This document shows, one piece after another, positions 25,984 to 39,524 of a stretch of 64,000 bases of DNA. Source of the stretch: Catajapyx aquilonaris (lineage: Eukaryota); contig KZ538098.1 in assembly GCA_000934665.2 (NCBI GenBank), positions 1-64,000 on the forward strand, written 5' to 3'. Below the pieces are notes generated by a model, which was given only the letters and a program-made list of their open reading frames with translations, searched no databases and had not been told where the DNA came from. Positions within the stretch are counted from its first letter, which is position 1, and the number at the start of each line of letters is the position of its first letter. A program made the translations under genes and the position numbers.

Positions 25984-26970
25984 ATGGAAGGACTTCGTCT
26001 CCAAAAGCTCCTAGAGGATGCTGCATCGGTGCCCTACACCAAAGTGAACTCCTTGGACGATCCTCCGTCATGGCTGGACAAGGACAGATTTCGGAGGGGA
26101 CAGGCCTTCTCCCAGAAGAACTTTCTTGGAGTCTTGATGTCGTTTAGCATGGCTGCTGCAAGCAACTTTATATGGCCACATGGCCACAAGGTCCTTCTCT
26201 TCAACGGAAAGTTCGACAGTCCCCAAACACTCACCCGTTTGATAATGGCAACGGCCGTGCATTTCTCAATCTGGATGAAAGGAGACCTGTGGGGCCCACA
26301 GGACGAGGCGTATCGAAGCATGAAAGATGTCCAGGACAGACACAGGAGGTTGGGGAACCACGCCAACAAGAATAGGTCAAAGGTTGAAGCAGCCAAGGTG
26401 GACACATCCAAGGTGCCTCAAATTCTGAACGAGTGTCGACTGACCGAACACATCAGGGACCACCCACCTCCGTGTCCATTCACGCTGCAGGACGGGTGTC
26501 CATACATGAGTCAACTAGACTTGACCTTGGGGTCAATTGCATTTGTAAGTCCAATTGTGCTGCATCCGAAGAAGATGGGCATTCACGGTGCGACTGAAGA
26601 GCAGATCGGTGACTACGTGTACTTGTGGAGGGTGCTGTGTTACCACCTGGGAATTGAAGACCAATTCAATCCATTTTCTGGAACACTTGAACAAACAAGA
26701 ACCCTTTGCCAGGAGGAGGTGGATGTGTTGTTTGTGCCAGGGATGAAAAACTTGACGTTAGAAAACGAATATTATCTCAGAATGATGGCAGCTTCAACTC
26801 ACCAGAAATTTAGCTTTCTGCGGCCCATCATTACCTCCGAGTCTTTTGTCCTCCTCCCCATTTGGATGCTGGGAATAACTGATCTTCTGGCATCAGTATT
26901 AGCGCATGTTCCATGGCACTCTAAGCTGAGTTTCCTGTTCTTCGAGTTCTTAATGTGTTTTCTGCTTTGA
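25984..26970 (+). CDS. MpaB/DUF2236-like oxygenase copy 3, C-terminally truncated by TGA (ancestral end 27066)
   Basis: Same motifs as copy 1. TGA at 26968-26970 sits where paralogs have Arg. The frame continues 'FKPIAM...KECKDRGIIRI*', homologous to copy 4. Confidence 0.75.
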   Translation: MEGLRLQKLLEDAASVPYTKVNSLDDPPSWLDKDRFRRGQAFSQKNFLGVLMSFSMAAASNFIWPHGHKVLLFNGKFDSPQTLTRLIMATAVHFSIWMKGDLWGPQDEAYRSMKDVQDRHRRLGNHANKNRSKVEAAKVDTSKVPQILNECRLTEHIRDHPPPCPFTLQDGCPYMSQLDLTLGSIAFVSPIVLHPKKMGIHGATEEQIGDYVYLWRVLCYHLGIEDQFNPFSGTLEQTRTLCQEEVDVLFVPGMKNLTLENEYYLRMMAASTHQKFSFLRPIITSESFVLLPIWMLGITDLLASVLAHVPWHSKLSFLFFEFLMCFLL

Positions 26971-27837
26971 TTCAAGCCAATTGCAATGTTGGCAGCGTTG
27001 TACACGCGTGTCGTAATTTCAGGTGTCGAAAAAGAGTGCAAGGATAGAGGAATTATCCGTATATGATAATGTGTGTATATTTTCGTTCAATGTCATTCTT
27101 TACACATTTTATGTATTAGCGGTTTTTGGGAAGTAATAAAATTCCTACTTGGTGGTAAAATGGTTACAGTCCGCTAGTCCACTACTGCACATTTAAGGAG
27201 AATTGACATCCAACTGATCAGGATTACATTTGCAAATATCAACTGCAAAACTAATTATCTCACATACCGTAATAATATTCTCACTGCCAGACTCAGTTGG
27301 TTCTAGAGTTCTGTTAATCATACTACAGAACTGATCCTGTAGAGTATGATCTTAATATATTATTCACACTGAACATTAGCATGTTCAGGATGATTGGTGC
27401 ACATTTCATACCAGCTGCAGCCTCTAAAAATATTTTATCTATTTCTGTAATGAAAGACATGAACTATTTTTTAAACCTGCAGGTTAATTCAATAACGTAA
27501 AATAATATACAATAGAACACTCTGAAACTCTGCTTTCCAAAATATGCATCATTTCGCCATTTTTAACCTTTTGAACCAAATTATTATTCTGCAAATTTAT
27601 GACATTTTGATGGCTTGTTGGGTGGAAAAGTTGCTGCACAAGACAGTGCAATTTACTTATTCTCTCATTATCGTGTATTAAACATTTGGCATTCGGCTTT
27701 AAATCTATTCAGTTCCTCTGTGAACCTCTCCGTATCTGCCTGTGGGTTACTATAAATCCAGTCCAAAAGAGTATTGCACTTTTGTATTAAATTATTTCTC
27801 AGCGTTTTAGTACTGGATTTCCCTGATTTTGTGTTTG

Positions 27838-30800
27838 TCAGTAGACATCATCTTCTAAGGAACTCTTGGCTGAGGGATGAGCTTCTCTGAGTCTCTCCTC
27901 TTCTAATTTCATCCGCTCAAACTCTTTGTCACTGAATCTTGCTATTGAATTAGTTATGGATATGGTTCTCTTCAGCTGGCATTTGGTTTCGATTGCGGTG
28001 ACGTTTAGGATTCCATTCTCGTCAACTTCAAAAGTAACACTGAGTTCTCTTGATCTCACGGGGACTGTAAGATTAAATGAAACGAGAAGATTGTTGCACT
28101 CTCTCTGGACGTTTTCCAACTCATAGACCTGTAAAAAAATACAGTTATCACCAAACATGAACAGGGATAGTCACTAGAGACCGGATGATCTGCAGTTATG
28201 ACTCATGATGCATATTATGCAATGAATATTACTCACACGTATAGGAATTACGGTTTGCTCGTTCTTATCAAGCGTGAACAAGCTGGATGTTTTACATGGG
28301 ACTCTCGTGTTTTTCTCCAGCATTACTTTCATTTTGTGTGTCCCTACTTCTATCCCTAGAGACATGGGAATCACATCATGCAGCACCACTTCATTTATGA
28401 GGTGACCTTTGTGGTCACCATGAAGGACAGCGGCGTGTATGGCTGCCCCGATGGCCACCGCTTCCTCAGGATGGACATTCTTGCAGAGATCCTTGTTGTT
28501 GAAGAACTCCTTCACCTTGGCCTGTACTTTAGGTATGCGAGTGGAACCGCCAACTAACACCACGTCGTCAACGTCTCTTCTGTCAATTTTGGCATCTGAC
28601 AGCGCTTGTTGCACGATCTCCAAGGTTTTTCTGATGAGGTCGCTGCAAAAGTGGTCGAAACGGTATCTTGACAACTGAAACGGCGGTAATGTATAAGTTG
28701 CAGCAAGATTATTAAATTGTGCACAAAATTCTAACCTGGTGATGCAAGTCTACTCCGTCACAAATATTGTCAACAATGACATCTGTCACCGTCTTGTTGG
28801 AGAGAACTTTCTTGGCCTCCTCGCAGGCCACTCTCAGTCGCTGCAAGGCCCTGTGGTTCCCTGTTATGTCCATCTTGTGCTTCACCTTCAAATGATCGAC
28901 GTAGAAGTCCACCATTCCGTTGTCAATGTCTCTTCCTCCCAGATGAGTGTCGCCGCATGTAGATCTGACAGCGAAGGTCAGGTTTTTGATGGTCATCACT
29001 GTTACATCGAAGGTTCCTCCTCCGAGGTCGTAAACCAGAACATTGGTCTCTTTTTGAGCCTTGTTTTGTAGCCCATAAGCAATGGCTGCAGCTGTTGGCT
29101 CGTTTATTATTCGGAGGACGTTCAGACCAGCGATACGACCAGCGTCTTTGGTCGCTTGTCTTTGGGCGTCGTTGAAATATGCCGGCACCGTCACAACTGC
29201 GTCAGTCACCTTTGTCTTCAACCGTGCTTCGGCTGTCTCCTTCAAATTGGCCAGGACCATTGAACTAATCTGCTCAGGGTAAAACTGTTTCCTCTGCTTT
29301 TGGTACTCGACTTCTACAAGTAGTTTATCGGAGTTTTCTACGACTTTGAAGCACCAATTTTCCATGTCTCTCTGAATGTCGGAGTTGGCAAACTTACGAC
29401 CAATCAGGCGTTTACAATCAAAGATGGTGTTCTGTGGAGTCATTAGCATCTGAAAGTATTGTACAAATATGTTAAGAGGAATGTCAGATGATCAAGAAAA
29501 CATGTAAGGTTAGTCAGTGTCATCTGACTCTGTAAACAAACATGTGGGCATCCATCCTCGTAGCTTACTTGTTGCTTGGCAGGATCACCTACAAGCCTTT
29601 CGTCTTCTGTAAATGACACGTAACTTGGTGTCACTCGATTTCCATGATCATTGAACAATATATTGACACGATCTTTCTCCCATACAGCTATGCATGAACA
29701 CGTGGTGCCCAAATCTATGCCCACCGCTGGGCCTGGTCCTCTCATGTCACTTGTCAAATTTGATCCATTTTTTTGCATGTCATCTTCTTCCTCCTCCTGA
29801 TAAACAAATAAGTAATTAATTATTTTATTAAATATTCCGTGTGTTTATACTTACCTTGTCGTTGTTGATACTGCTGGTTTGATTTGAGGACTGGTCATCT
29901 TGAATATGTTGAGCCTCTGTACTAACACTTTCCTCTATGATCCTCCTGTCGGAGGTGCAGGTGATATGTAATTGTTCTAGTGGTGTCTCGATTAGGGATC
30001 GATGTATGTCATCGTCATCTTCAGCATCTTCTTCGGGGATGACGAAGGACATTCTGAACGCGTGACGCTCGTCGCCCGGTACTCTGTGTATGCTCTTGGG
30101 TTTATTACGGGTTTCTGAACCGTCTGGTTTGACCTCTGAACTGTCACTGGTTTGGTTTTTGTCCTGTTCATGTGCATCAACCCGGCTGCTAATGTTCCTC
30201 GGTGTAATTGTAGCCATGTCCTCTATTCGTATGTTTTTATTCAGTAAAGCACCTTGAACAGCCGCGCCATACACAACTGCTTCCTCAGGCTCGATGGTGT
30301 AGTCCAGCTCTTCCAATTTGAAGAAATCCTTCACCACCTGCCTCAGTTTGGGTATTCGGGTGGAACCACCAACCAGGACCACGTGCTCTATTTGACTCTT
30401 GTTTAATTTGGCCTTAGATAATGCACGTTCTATTACCGACAGCGTGGAATTGATCGGGTATCCGCATAATTCTTCAAATTTTTGTCGAGAAATCTGTGGC
30501 AATGAGAGAGATTAGGTTCTTTCTAAATGAAATTAACACATCTAAAACACACATGTGTAAATTAATAAAAATTGCTCACAATGGTAATCTCAACTTTGTT
30601 GAAGTATTGCATACCTTGCAAGTGAAATTGTAGTCCGTGTGAAGATTAGGCACATGTACTGTGGCTTCATTTTCTGTGGACAGTGACTTCTTGGCTTCCT
30701 CGCAGACTGGATAGAGCTTCAACAATGCTTCGATGTCACTTCTCAATTCTAGCTTTTGATTACGCAAAATCTCATTCAAGCAATGTGAGACCATGAGTTG

Positions 30801-31739
30801 ATCAAAGTCTCTCCCTCCCAACATCTTACGACTCTCGCTGCAAACAACACTCGGTTTAAGGTCCTTCACATTCAGTACTGACACTTGGAATGAGTATGTG
30901 CCCATGTTGTACACCAGCAAGTTGTTTACGTCTTTCAGCTTTTTTCCATAGCAGTAGGCAAGAGTAGCAGCAATGCAGTCGTCGATGACATGGAGGAGGT
31001 TGACTCTGGCAATTTCGGCGACACGACTTGTTGCCCGTTGTCGTTGGGCCTCCGTGAAATACGTGGGGACAGTCATTACTACATGGGTCACTGTAAGACC
31101 CAAAATTTTCTGGGCATTGTCCAACAGCCTTTCCAGCATCCAGGACATGAAGGTTTCTGGATAATACGTTTGCTTTTCTTTCTCTTTCTCAATCACAATC
31201 TGAGCTCTTCCTGCAGTACGTGAAACTGTAAACGGCCAGTAATTCCTCGTTGTTGGTTGAAGTGAACCATCACTCGTCTTTCCAATTAATTGCTTCACAT
31301 CAAACACTGTGTTCTTCAGATTCTTGCTCATCTGCAAGAGCATTGCGCATTTTATTTTATTTATATTATAGTTACTTACTACATACTGTAATCCTTTAAG
31401 GTACCGGCATAAAAAGCTGACGACGTATATAGGGAGATGAAATAATATGAAAATAAACATGCGACTAGAACTTAAATCGGCGTTATGTAACTGAACATTA
31501 ACGGTGGAATAGCATGAACTACTGTAGTTGTGCATTTTGTAATAAATAATTCTTACCTGTTTTTTGGCTTGATCTCCGAAGTATGTTTCCCCATCGGTGA
31601 AACACACGTAACTGGGTATGAACGACTTCTTTCCCTGTTGGTCAGGAATAACCTCGATTTCTCCATCCTTCCACACCGCAATTCTGCATTCGGATGTTCC
31701 CAAGTCGATCCCAGCAGCAGGTAATTTTGCAGAAGCCAT
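27838..31739 (-). CDS. Double-NBD HSP70-like gene G5 (~1,069 aa); exons 31739-31557, 31331-30615, 30493-29855, 29796-29569, 29449-28736, 28674-28237, 28128-27838
   Basis: Two complete NBD motif sets joined in frame by a 58 bp phase-0 GT-AG intron (29854-29797). The second module has [24 protein letters not shown] and an SBD. The lid helices continue in another frame to 27668 (frameshift). Confidence 0.8.
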
Positions 31740-33049
31740 TTCGCACTTAATGAGTGTTGGTGTCTTTAACTGATAATAACCCTATAAAATACACTCTGAC
31801 AAAACCTAGAAGTATCAAAAAGGTGCCTGTTTCCAAACATTTGCTTGTATCAGTCGTAGAAAATGTGCGGATTTTGCGAGTCGAAAGTTCTTGTTATCTG
31901 TGCCATATCTTCAAGTGTCTACCAAAAAATAAACTAATGAAAGGAAAAGTGTCAGCCACAGACAATATCTCAGAAATTGTGCAAGAATTTGAGCGCACCT
32001 GCTACTCCTGAAATGGCTTGACGTAGACTAACCTTGATCTCTGTTGCATGATATGCCCTAGCTGACGCAATCGGGCGACTTTTTGATTGCATTATCACTG
32101 GATAACAATAGGCACTCTCATAGGTCCTATAGTGAATGATCAAAGCTACGGTACCGATAGAGCTTTCTTTATTCAAATGTTTGAGGGAACTTTTTCATAC
32201 CTGTAAATTGACTTTTTTCAAAATTGTCTCTCTGATGTAAGTGCACAGTATAAAGTACCTGGTTTAAAATTTAATCGTCATCTGAAAGGCAAAGTAACAG
32301 CAATGACACCGTATATTTTTAGAGGCGTCGGTTTCAATTTTTTCATAATTCAATTTTTGAATGTATTTCAGGGATGTGTCAAAAATTAATAATGTGTGAT
32401 GTTTTCGCAGATGCAGCAGTCAAGATAATATTCCTAATTCGTTTGATGCATAATACATCCTTCTTCATGCACTGCTACCTTGTTATCACAGTTAATCTTA
32501 AGTGTGTTAGTGATTAGATAACTATAAGGAATGGTAATTCTCACTACTGATAAGCAATGCTGTACTATTATTATTATGGGAGATTATTTAGTAGGTCTCC
32601 TACAGTAAATGATGATCGATTACAAGTGAAAAAAAGCCAGAATGTAAAGATAAAACACACAGTTTTCCTCCATGATTTCATATTGCATGTTTTGTCTTTA
32701 TCAAACAAGTCAGCCAAAATAAGTTTACATGGTTTAAGTGAACTTCATCCTGAACAGGACAGGGCAAAAAATGAATTAGTGAAATGAAAAGAAATTAATG
32801 ATTTTAATGACTAGTTTCACCAGTAATTATAAAAATATTATGAAAAATGCCCCTGTAAATAAAAGCATGTATAATATTAAATAAGATATTTTGCACATTA
32901 AAAAGCAATAGAACCAGAATGCTGCCCGTCCGAAATATGTTTTGGCATAGAGTACTTTATTATCGTCATTCAATACATGGAGACGATCACTGCCGTCTGC
33001 TGTATACAGTAAATTATACCACTTCCAATACTTCAGCCCCAGATTTTTT

Positions 33050-36000
33050 TCACTTCTTCTGATTGATATTGGACCATTCCTTTTTCAAATTTTCAAGTTC
33101 TTCCTCAAACCGATCTTTGCTTGCAGTTTCGTCTTCCTCGATCCATTCCAAGAGAGTCTTGCACTTTCTCATCATCACTCGCTTTTGTTCTTCTGATATT
33201 CCGTTTCCAGTGCTTTCTAAGTCATCTTTGACAGAGTAAACGTAACTTTCCAATTTACTTTTTGCTGTAACCTGATCCTTCTTGATTCTCTCCTGTTGTT
33301 TGAGCCTATCTTCTTCCCTCTTCATCTCGTCTAGCTCCTCATGACTGAATCGTCCTCTTGAGTTTGTGACAGTTATGCTCTTCCCTTTACCATATGTGGT
33401 TTCGACTGCAGTGACACTTAGAATTCCATCCTCGTCTACTTCAAAAGTAACGTTGAATTTGGCCTCTCCAGCTGGTCTCAAAGGAAATCCGGTCAATGTA
33501 AATGAATCCAAGAGGTTGTTTTTCTCCACCTCTTCATTTTCTCCTTCAAACACCTAGAGAAAGAAACATCCAGCATTTACGCTACAGTGAAATAAAATCT
33601 TGTCAGGAACCATCTATGATTGTACAAAATTAATTTATGTATAATTATTAGTTAGTAACCTACCTGGCCAGAAAAATGTAGTCTACTCTTCCACAGTAAG
33701 GACAAATTTTAATAATATTAATAAAATAAAAATTATGCAATACTGACACGTATAGAGATTTTGCGCTGGTTGTTTCGCGTTGTGCTGAATAATCTGGACA
33801 TGCTGCAGGGTTTTCTGGTATTTTTTGGCAAAATCACGCTCATTTTATGTCCTTCCACCTCCAACCCAAGTGACATTGGTATGACGTCCTCCAGCACCAC
33901 CTCGTTTATTCGATGACCCTCGTGGTCTTTGTGAAGAGCGGCGGCATGTACAGCAGCACCGTTGGCCACTGCTTCTTCCGGATTGACATTCTGACACAGC
34001 TCCTTGTCGTCGAAAAACTCTCGGACCATCTCCTGTACGCTGGGGATGCGAGTACAGCCTCCAACCAAAACCACGTCTTCGATGTCATCCTTGCTCAGCT
34101 TGGCGTCGGTCAGAGCCTGCTGCACAATATCCAAAGTCTTTTTGAAAAGGTCATCGCAAAGGTCGTCGAACTTGTGCTTTGATATCTGAAAAAATATCCA
34201 TGTCAGGAGGACAAACAGAATATTGAGAATGTCGTACCTTGTGTGTCAAATCTATTCCATCGCATATGTTGTCTACAATAACGTGTGTCTCCAGCTTCTT
34301 GGACAGAGTGTGTTTGGCATCCTCGCAGGCCATCCGTAGTCTGTGCATGGCTTTGTGGTTCCCTGTGATGTCCTTGTTGTGCCTCCTCTTCAACAAATCG
34401 ACGTAGAAATCCACCATTCGGTTGTCAAAGTCTCTCCCTCCCAGGTGGGTGTCACCGTAGGTTGATCTGACAGTAAAGGTCAAGCCATTGACTGTCAGCA
34501 CTGTGACGTCAAATGTTCCTCCTCCGAGGTCGTACACCAACACGTTTCTATCTTCTGTCGCATTGTTTTCCAATCCATAAGCAATGGCTGCTGCTGTAGG
34601 TTCGTTGATTATCCGGAGTACGTTCAGACCAGCGATTTTCCCTGCGTCTTTGGTCGCTTGTCTCTGAGCGTCGTTGAAGTATGCAGGTACTGTCACCACT
34701 GCGTCGGTCACCTTTGTCATCAGGATCGTCTCAGCTGTCTCCTTCAAATTGGCCAGGACCATCGAACTTATCTGCTCAGGGTAAAACCTCTTCTTCTCCT
34801 CCTGGTAATCGACCTCAATACGGGGTTTTCCGGCGTTGTTAACCACTTGGAAACCCCATGACATCATGCTTCTTTGAACCTCTTTCTCCTCATACTTTCG
34901 TCCAATCAATCGCTTTGAATCAAACACTGTGTTCTTAGGTGAGATCGCCATCTGCAACATAAAGAAGACAATGCACACTAAGAGGTTTCCTTATACCCTG
35001 GCTTGCACAACTAACCTGTTGTTTGGCTGCGTCTCCAACCAGCCTCTGATGTTCAGTGAAGGCGACGTAACTCGGAGTCACTCTATTCCCATGATCGTTG
35101 AATAATATCTTAACACTGCCATCCTTCCACACAGCGATGCAGGAACAAGTGGTGCCCAAATCTATGCCCACAGCTGGTCCTCTCTCTGACATTATATTGC
35201 TCGTTTCATTCGGCCCATCTTGTCGCTCCTCATTTCTCTGAATGGTGTCATCTTCGCCACGGTCCATACTGTTAATCAATTGCCCATTGTCGAAGTTGCA
35301 GTCTTCATAAAACTGATGCGTGTCACTGTCTGTCGAGTCATTATCATCAGAATCGAATAAAATGCTGTACGTATGGACCGCTTCAAAACTTGGACGTTTA
35401 CTCCTCCGCAGAATCTGTTCAAATTCATCGTCTTCCTTGGCTTCTGAGATCCACTCTTCTGGCTCCTTTTCTTCGCACTTCTCGTTGGAACCACTTTCTT
35501 CTGTACTGTTGCACTCTGTATCCTTGCATAAAAGAGAGGCTTTCACAGTAGCTCCATACACCACTGTTTCCTCTGGTTCAATGCTATGGTCCAGCTCTTC
35601 CATATCGAAGAATTTTTTTACCATAGATCTCAGCTTTGGTATTCGAGTCGAGCCACCCACCATAACCAAGTGCTTTATTTGATCTACTTTTACTCCTGCT
35701 TTTAGCAGAACGCGTGCTGTTATCCTCAAAGAGGCGCTAATTAGATCCGTGCACATATCTTCAAACTGCTCTCGAGATACCTGTAGCAAAGAAGCATAAA
35801 AAATAAGTCATTAATGCGCAAAGGAACATACAACGTATCCTATACCTTGCAGGTAAAATTGTAGTCCCGAAGAAGGTTGTCGATGCTTATAGTTGCATTA
35901 TCTTGAAACGACAGTGTTTTCTTGGCTTCCTCGCAAGCTGCATAGAGCTTGGAGAGAGCTTCTACGTTCCTCACGTCCATCATACGACACCTTAGAATCT

Positions 36001-36810
36001 CATTGATGCAGTGCGACACTAGATGCTGATCGAAATTCCTTCCACCCAGCATGTTTAAGCACTCCTTATGAACTGTCTTAAAATTTAAGTCCACACTTAT
36101 CACTGAGGCCACAAACACATACGTGCCCATGTCATACACAAGAACATAGCCGTCTTTAATGTTATTTTTGTGGCAGTAAGCAAGGGCGGCAGCGGTGCAA
36201 TTGTCTATCACACTTATGAGAGTGATTTTGGCCTTGTCCGCAATGTCTTTCGTCGCCTGCTTTTGTTGAGCATCGGTGAAATAACTGGGCACGGTCATTA
36301 CAGCCTGCTTAACCTCAAGGTTCCAGACCATCTTGGCATAATTGAGCATTCTCTTCAGCACAATGAACATGACACGTTCAGGGCAATACTTCCCGTAGTT
36401 CTCCAGTTCAATCTCAGCCTTTCCTGTATCATACGTCACTTTGAACGGCCATTGAGACATGTTACTCTTCGTCAGGGATCCTTCGTCACATCGACCAATC
36501 AGACGCTTCATGTCGAACACAAAGTTCTTTGGGCACACACCCATCTGTATCCAAATACGGTTAGAATAATTATTATGTCAATCCGAAATCATCGAAATAA
36601 AAATTGCGTTGAAATAATTCTAACCTCCTTTTTAGCGGAATCGCCGACATGTACGAACTTCTCCGCAAAAAAAACACAGCTGGGCATGAAATTCTTCCCT
36701 CCTCTGCAAAAACTGTGAATGAGTTCGACCTTCCCTTCCTTCCAGACTGCAATTCTGGACTCGGATGTTCCAAGGTCGATCCCAAACACAGGAGTGCTCG
36801 CAGATGCCAT
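33050..36810 (-). CDS. Double-NBD HSP70-like gene G6 (1,101 aa by exon sum); exons 36810-36625, 36544-35846, 35780-35016, 34951-34238, 34185-33748, 33553-33050
   Basis: Exon 35780-35016 runs without interruption from the end of NBD1 ([11 protein letters not shown]) through an acidic linker into GIDLGTT of NBD2. All exon lengths are multiples of 3. SBD and lid are present; there is no EEVD. Confidence 0.9.
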
Positions 36811-37734
36811 TTCAAATGCAGGTGATCGACGGTTTTTTTGCTATTAGAAAGTGTCACATACTCTGGAAAAAAAATTGTACACAATAATTTTGTAATATAA
36901 ACTAGTACAGATTTTTATCTAGAAATAAGTACCGGTATTCTAAATTTTTATAAAAATGATAGACTATACAGCATTGCACAATAATTGTGGCAAATTGTCA
37001 ACGAATTGAAACCATATTTATTCTATTATGCTCCATGTTAAGTACAACTCACTTGACATTATCATATCGGCCGGATAGCATAAGCCGATAATAAGCAATG
37101 AGTAATATTCCCAGCTTATTTCCTAGCTCCAGGATTGGCTCAGTTGACTTACCTCTCAAGTAAAAAGGCCTTCACCTGTAATACACATGCTTCGGAGACG
37201 TTACACTGAGATGATTGACTGTCACTGGACATGCTTTGCCGTTTCAATAACTTAGGTCAGTCCAGAAGCACTTGCTGCTTCATCGTATGCTTGATGGAGA
37301 ATACTTTCTTCATGAACCTGTTATCTTGTTGCTATAGCAATCAGGTGTGGGCAAAGAGATTATATCCAGCATTTGATAATGAACTTGACATATGATTTTC
37401 ATAACACATCTTTCGTCATACATGCGCCGTTTTGTGATTCGGATCTAATGTTCATATATTGGTGTAAACAAATGTGTGTTACATTGCAGTAAAACGGATA
37501 ATACGAGAAAAATTGCAAAAGAAGAAGTTCCAAAACCAGGCAAGTGCCTCCATCTTGCTTGGCACTTGCCTCGTTCTGACCCGTTGCATGAGTAGCATGA
37601 GTGATCTCTGAAAATTTTAGGTATCGATATACTTTCGAAATGGAGGTTCGTAGGACAGTCACGATTTCAGTACAACTTGGTACAACTTCAGGGTGGAATT
37701 TGCTGCAGAAAAACAAAGAAAAGTGATTTTCCGC

Positions 37735-37918
37735 CAAAATGGCACTTGCCTCGTTATGGACGAGCATCCCTCAACTAACTTCCTATATCTAACAACCGTG
37801 AGTGGGAAAGTTTTCCACCACAGTACTTATTGCATGTTGATAAGTACATGCATATTATATCCTTGTAGAGCCCTGGCATGTGCTGGATGAACACGATCGA
37901 CAACAAAACATGCTAGTG
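37735..37918. repeat. Dispersed ~180 bp repeat, second copy at ~46914-47096
   Basis: Near-identical sequence 'CCAAAATGGC...GGACGAGCATCCCTCAACTAAC...AAAACATGCTAGTGA'. Confidence 0.85.
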
Positions 37919-39524
37919 ATGCTACATTGCGCCACGTTACGGTGCCTCTCTTGTTATAAATGCGGAGGTAATGAGAGAATTATAGGAAATATTCTCAAAG
38001 TTTGCGATGCTCGATTACATAAGAGTTTTACAACACAACATTAAAAACACCAGTAATATTGAAATATACAGCGACATTATTGCCACAATGTTTTTGCCCC
38101 AGCTCGAAATTTGCCAATTAAACTGAGTTAATATGACATTGTAATAAGTATAAGAGAAACTTGCTGGAATTTAAAATAATTAATGTACTGTACAAATGGA
38201 GTGGACAGAGCGATTTAGCAACACAGCCGCGAGCTCTTCTAATTTGGAAGCGAGTTGAAGAGACGCAGACAGATACCCTACTTATCCAAGTGACAAATGA
38301 GACGAACAATACTTTCTTAATTTCATTTTAGAAGTGCAATGCGTGCTATTCACATGCAGCATGTTCTTGTATGGATCTCCCGTGCAATCTTTACAACAGA
38401 ACCAACAGATCGGGATCGGGTATGAGCTGTCTATTTCTTAACTCTTGAAAACTGTTCCGCCATATTTCTCGCATGTTTGTTCGCAACTATCTTCCTGGTG
38501 ATTCACTGATTTTTCCATTGTGTGAAAAGTCTTGAAATAAAATATTTGAGCATTTTGAAAAAGATAATATCCTTTCTTGCTAGACTTGCGCAAGCTTCCT
38601 GGAGTTAAGCGTACGTCAGGAGTTGTGTCATCAGGAGCATTTTGGAGAAGTTTTCAAATCGAATCATAATACAGATATCATAACATAAGTGTGTATATTT
38701 ATTACTTGGTATTAAAACCATAAAGATTTGTTTGGAAAATTATTTGGCTTTCCAGATCAAACAGAGAGAAATGCGATAAACTTCAAATATAAAATTCGGA
38801 TCAGAGATAAATTATGGTGGTGCCTGACACACGATTTTTAAGCATTATCCTTTTATCATTTGTTATTTTTCTTGAATCTAGCAAAGCAATGAACCATATC
38901 CAAAACAGTGAAGAACATGGCTCAATGAATACTATTATTTTAATTCGGTTTCACCGCGATTCGAGACAGTGCACAAATCCCATATCTACAGTAATATGAT
39001 AAAATCATTAGTCACAATAATTATATGGAACATGTTCACCTCGGGTCCCCTTTCCATTGGTCACCTCGTCCGTGAAAAGACTCAAGAAGAAGGTTTTGAT
39101 AATGATCTACTCAAAACTTATTTTGCCATTATTGATGCGCCACTTAGAAATTTTTATTTTGCCTTTGGATTATAATGTCGACCCAAAATACCTCTAATTT
39201 GCGATTATCGTGTATCAACAATCACGTCTTGAATTTTAACCCGGTTTCTGTATTCGAACCACTGTGCAATCGAGTAAGAAATTTTTGATGATTAAGTAAC
39301 AAGTAATGCGTGAATTATTACACGCTAAGTTTTTATGAGAGACTAACTGTAAGTCAGAGATAAGTTTGTTACATAACTACCTTTCGCAATAAGCATATTC
39401 CTCGCGATTTAAGGTGCTACTAATTATACCGTAACTTCCACAACAGGCATGCGCCTAACTTAACGTCATCTGGGTGTTATATATACCCTCGAAGATGCTT
39501 TCATCTCAGGTAATCTGAAACGCC

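Noticed and set aside
26968..26970. TGA as selenocysteine
   Set aside because: Paralogs have Arg here, not Cys, and I recognised no SECIS element.
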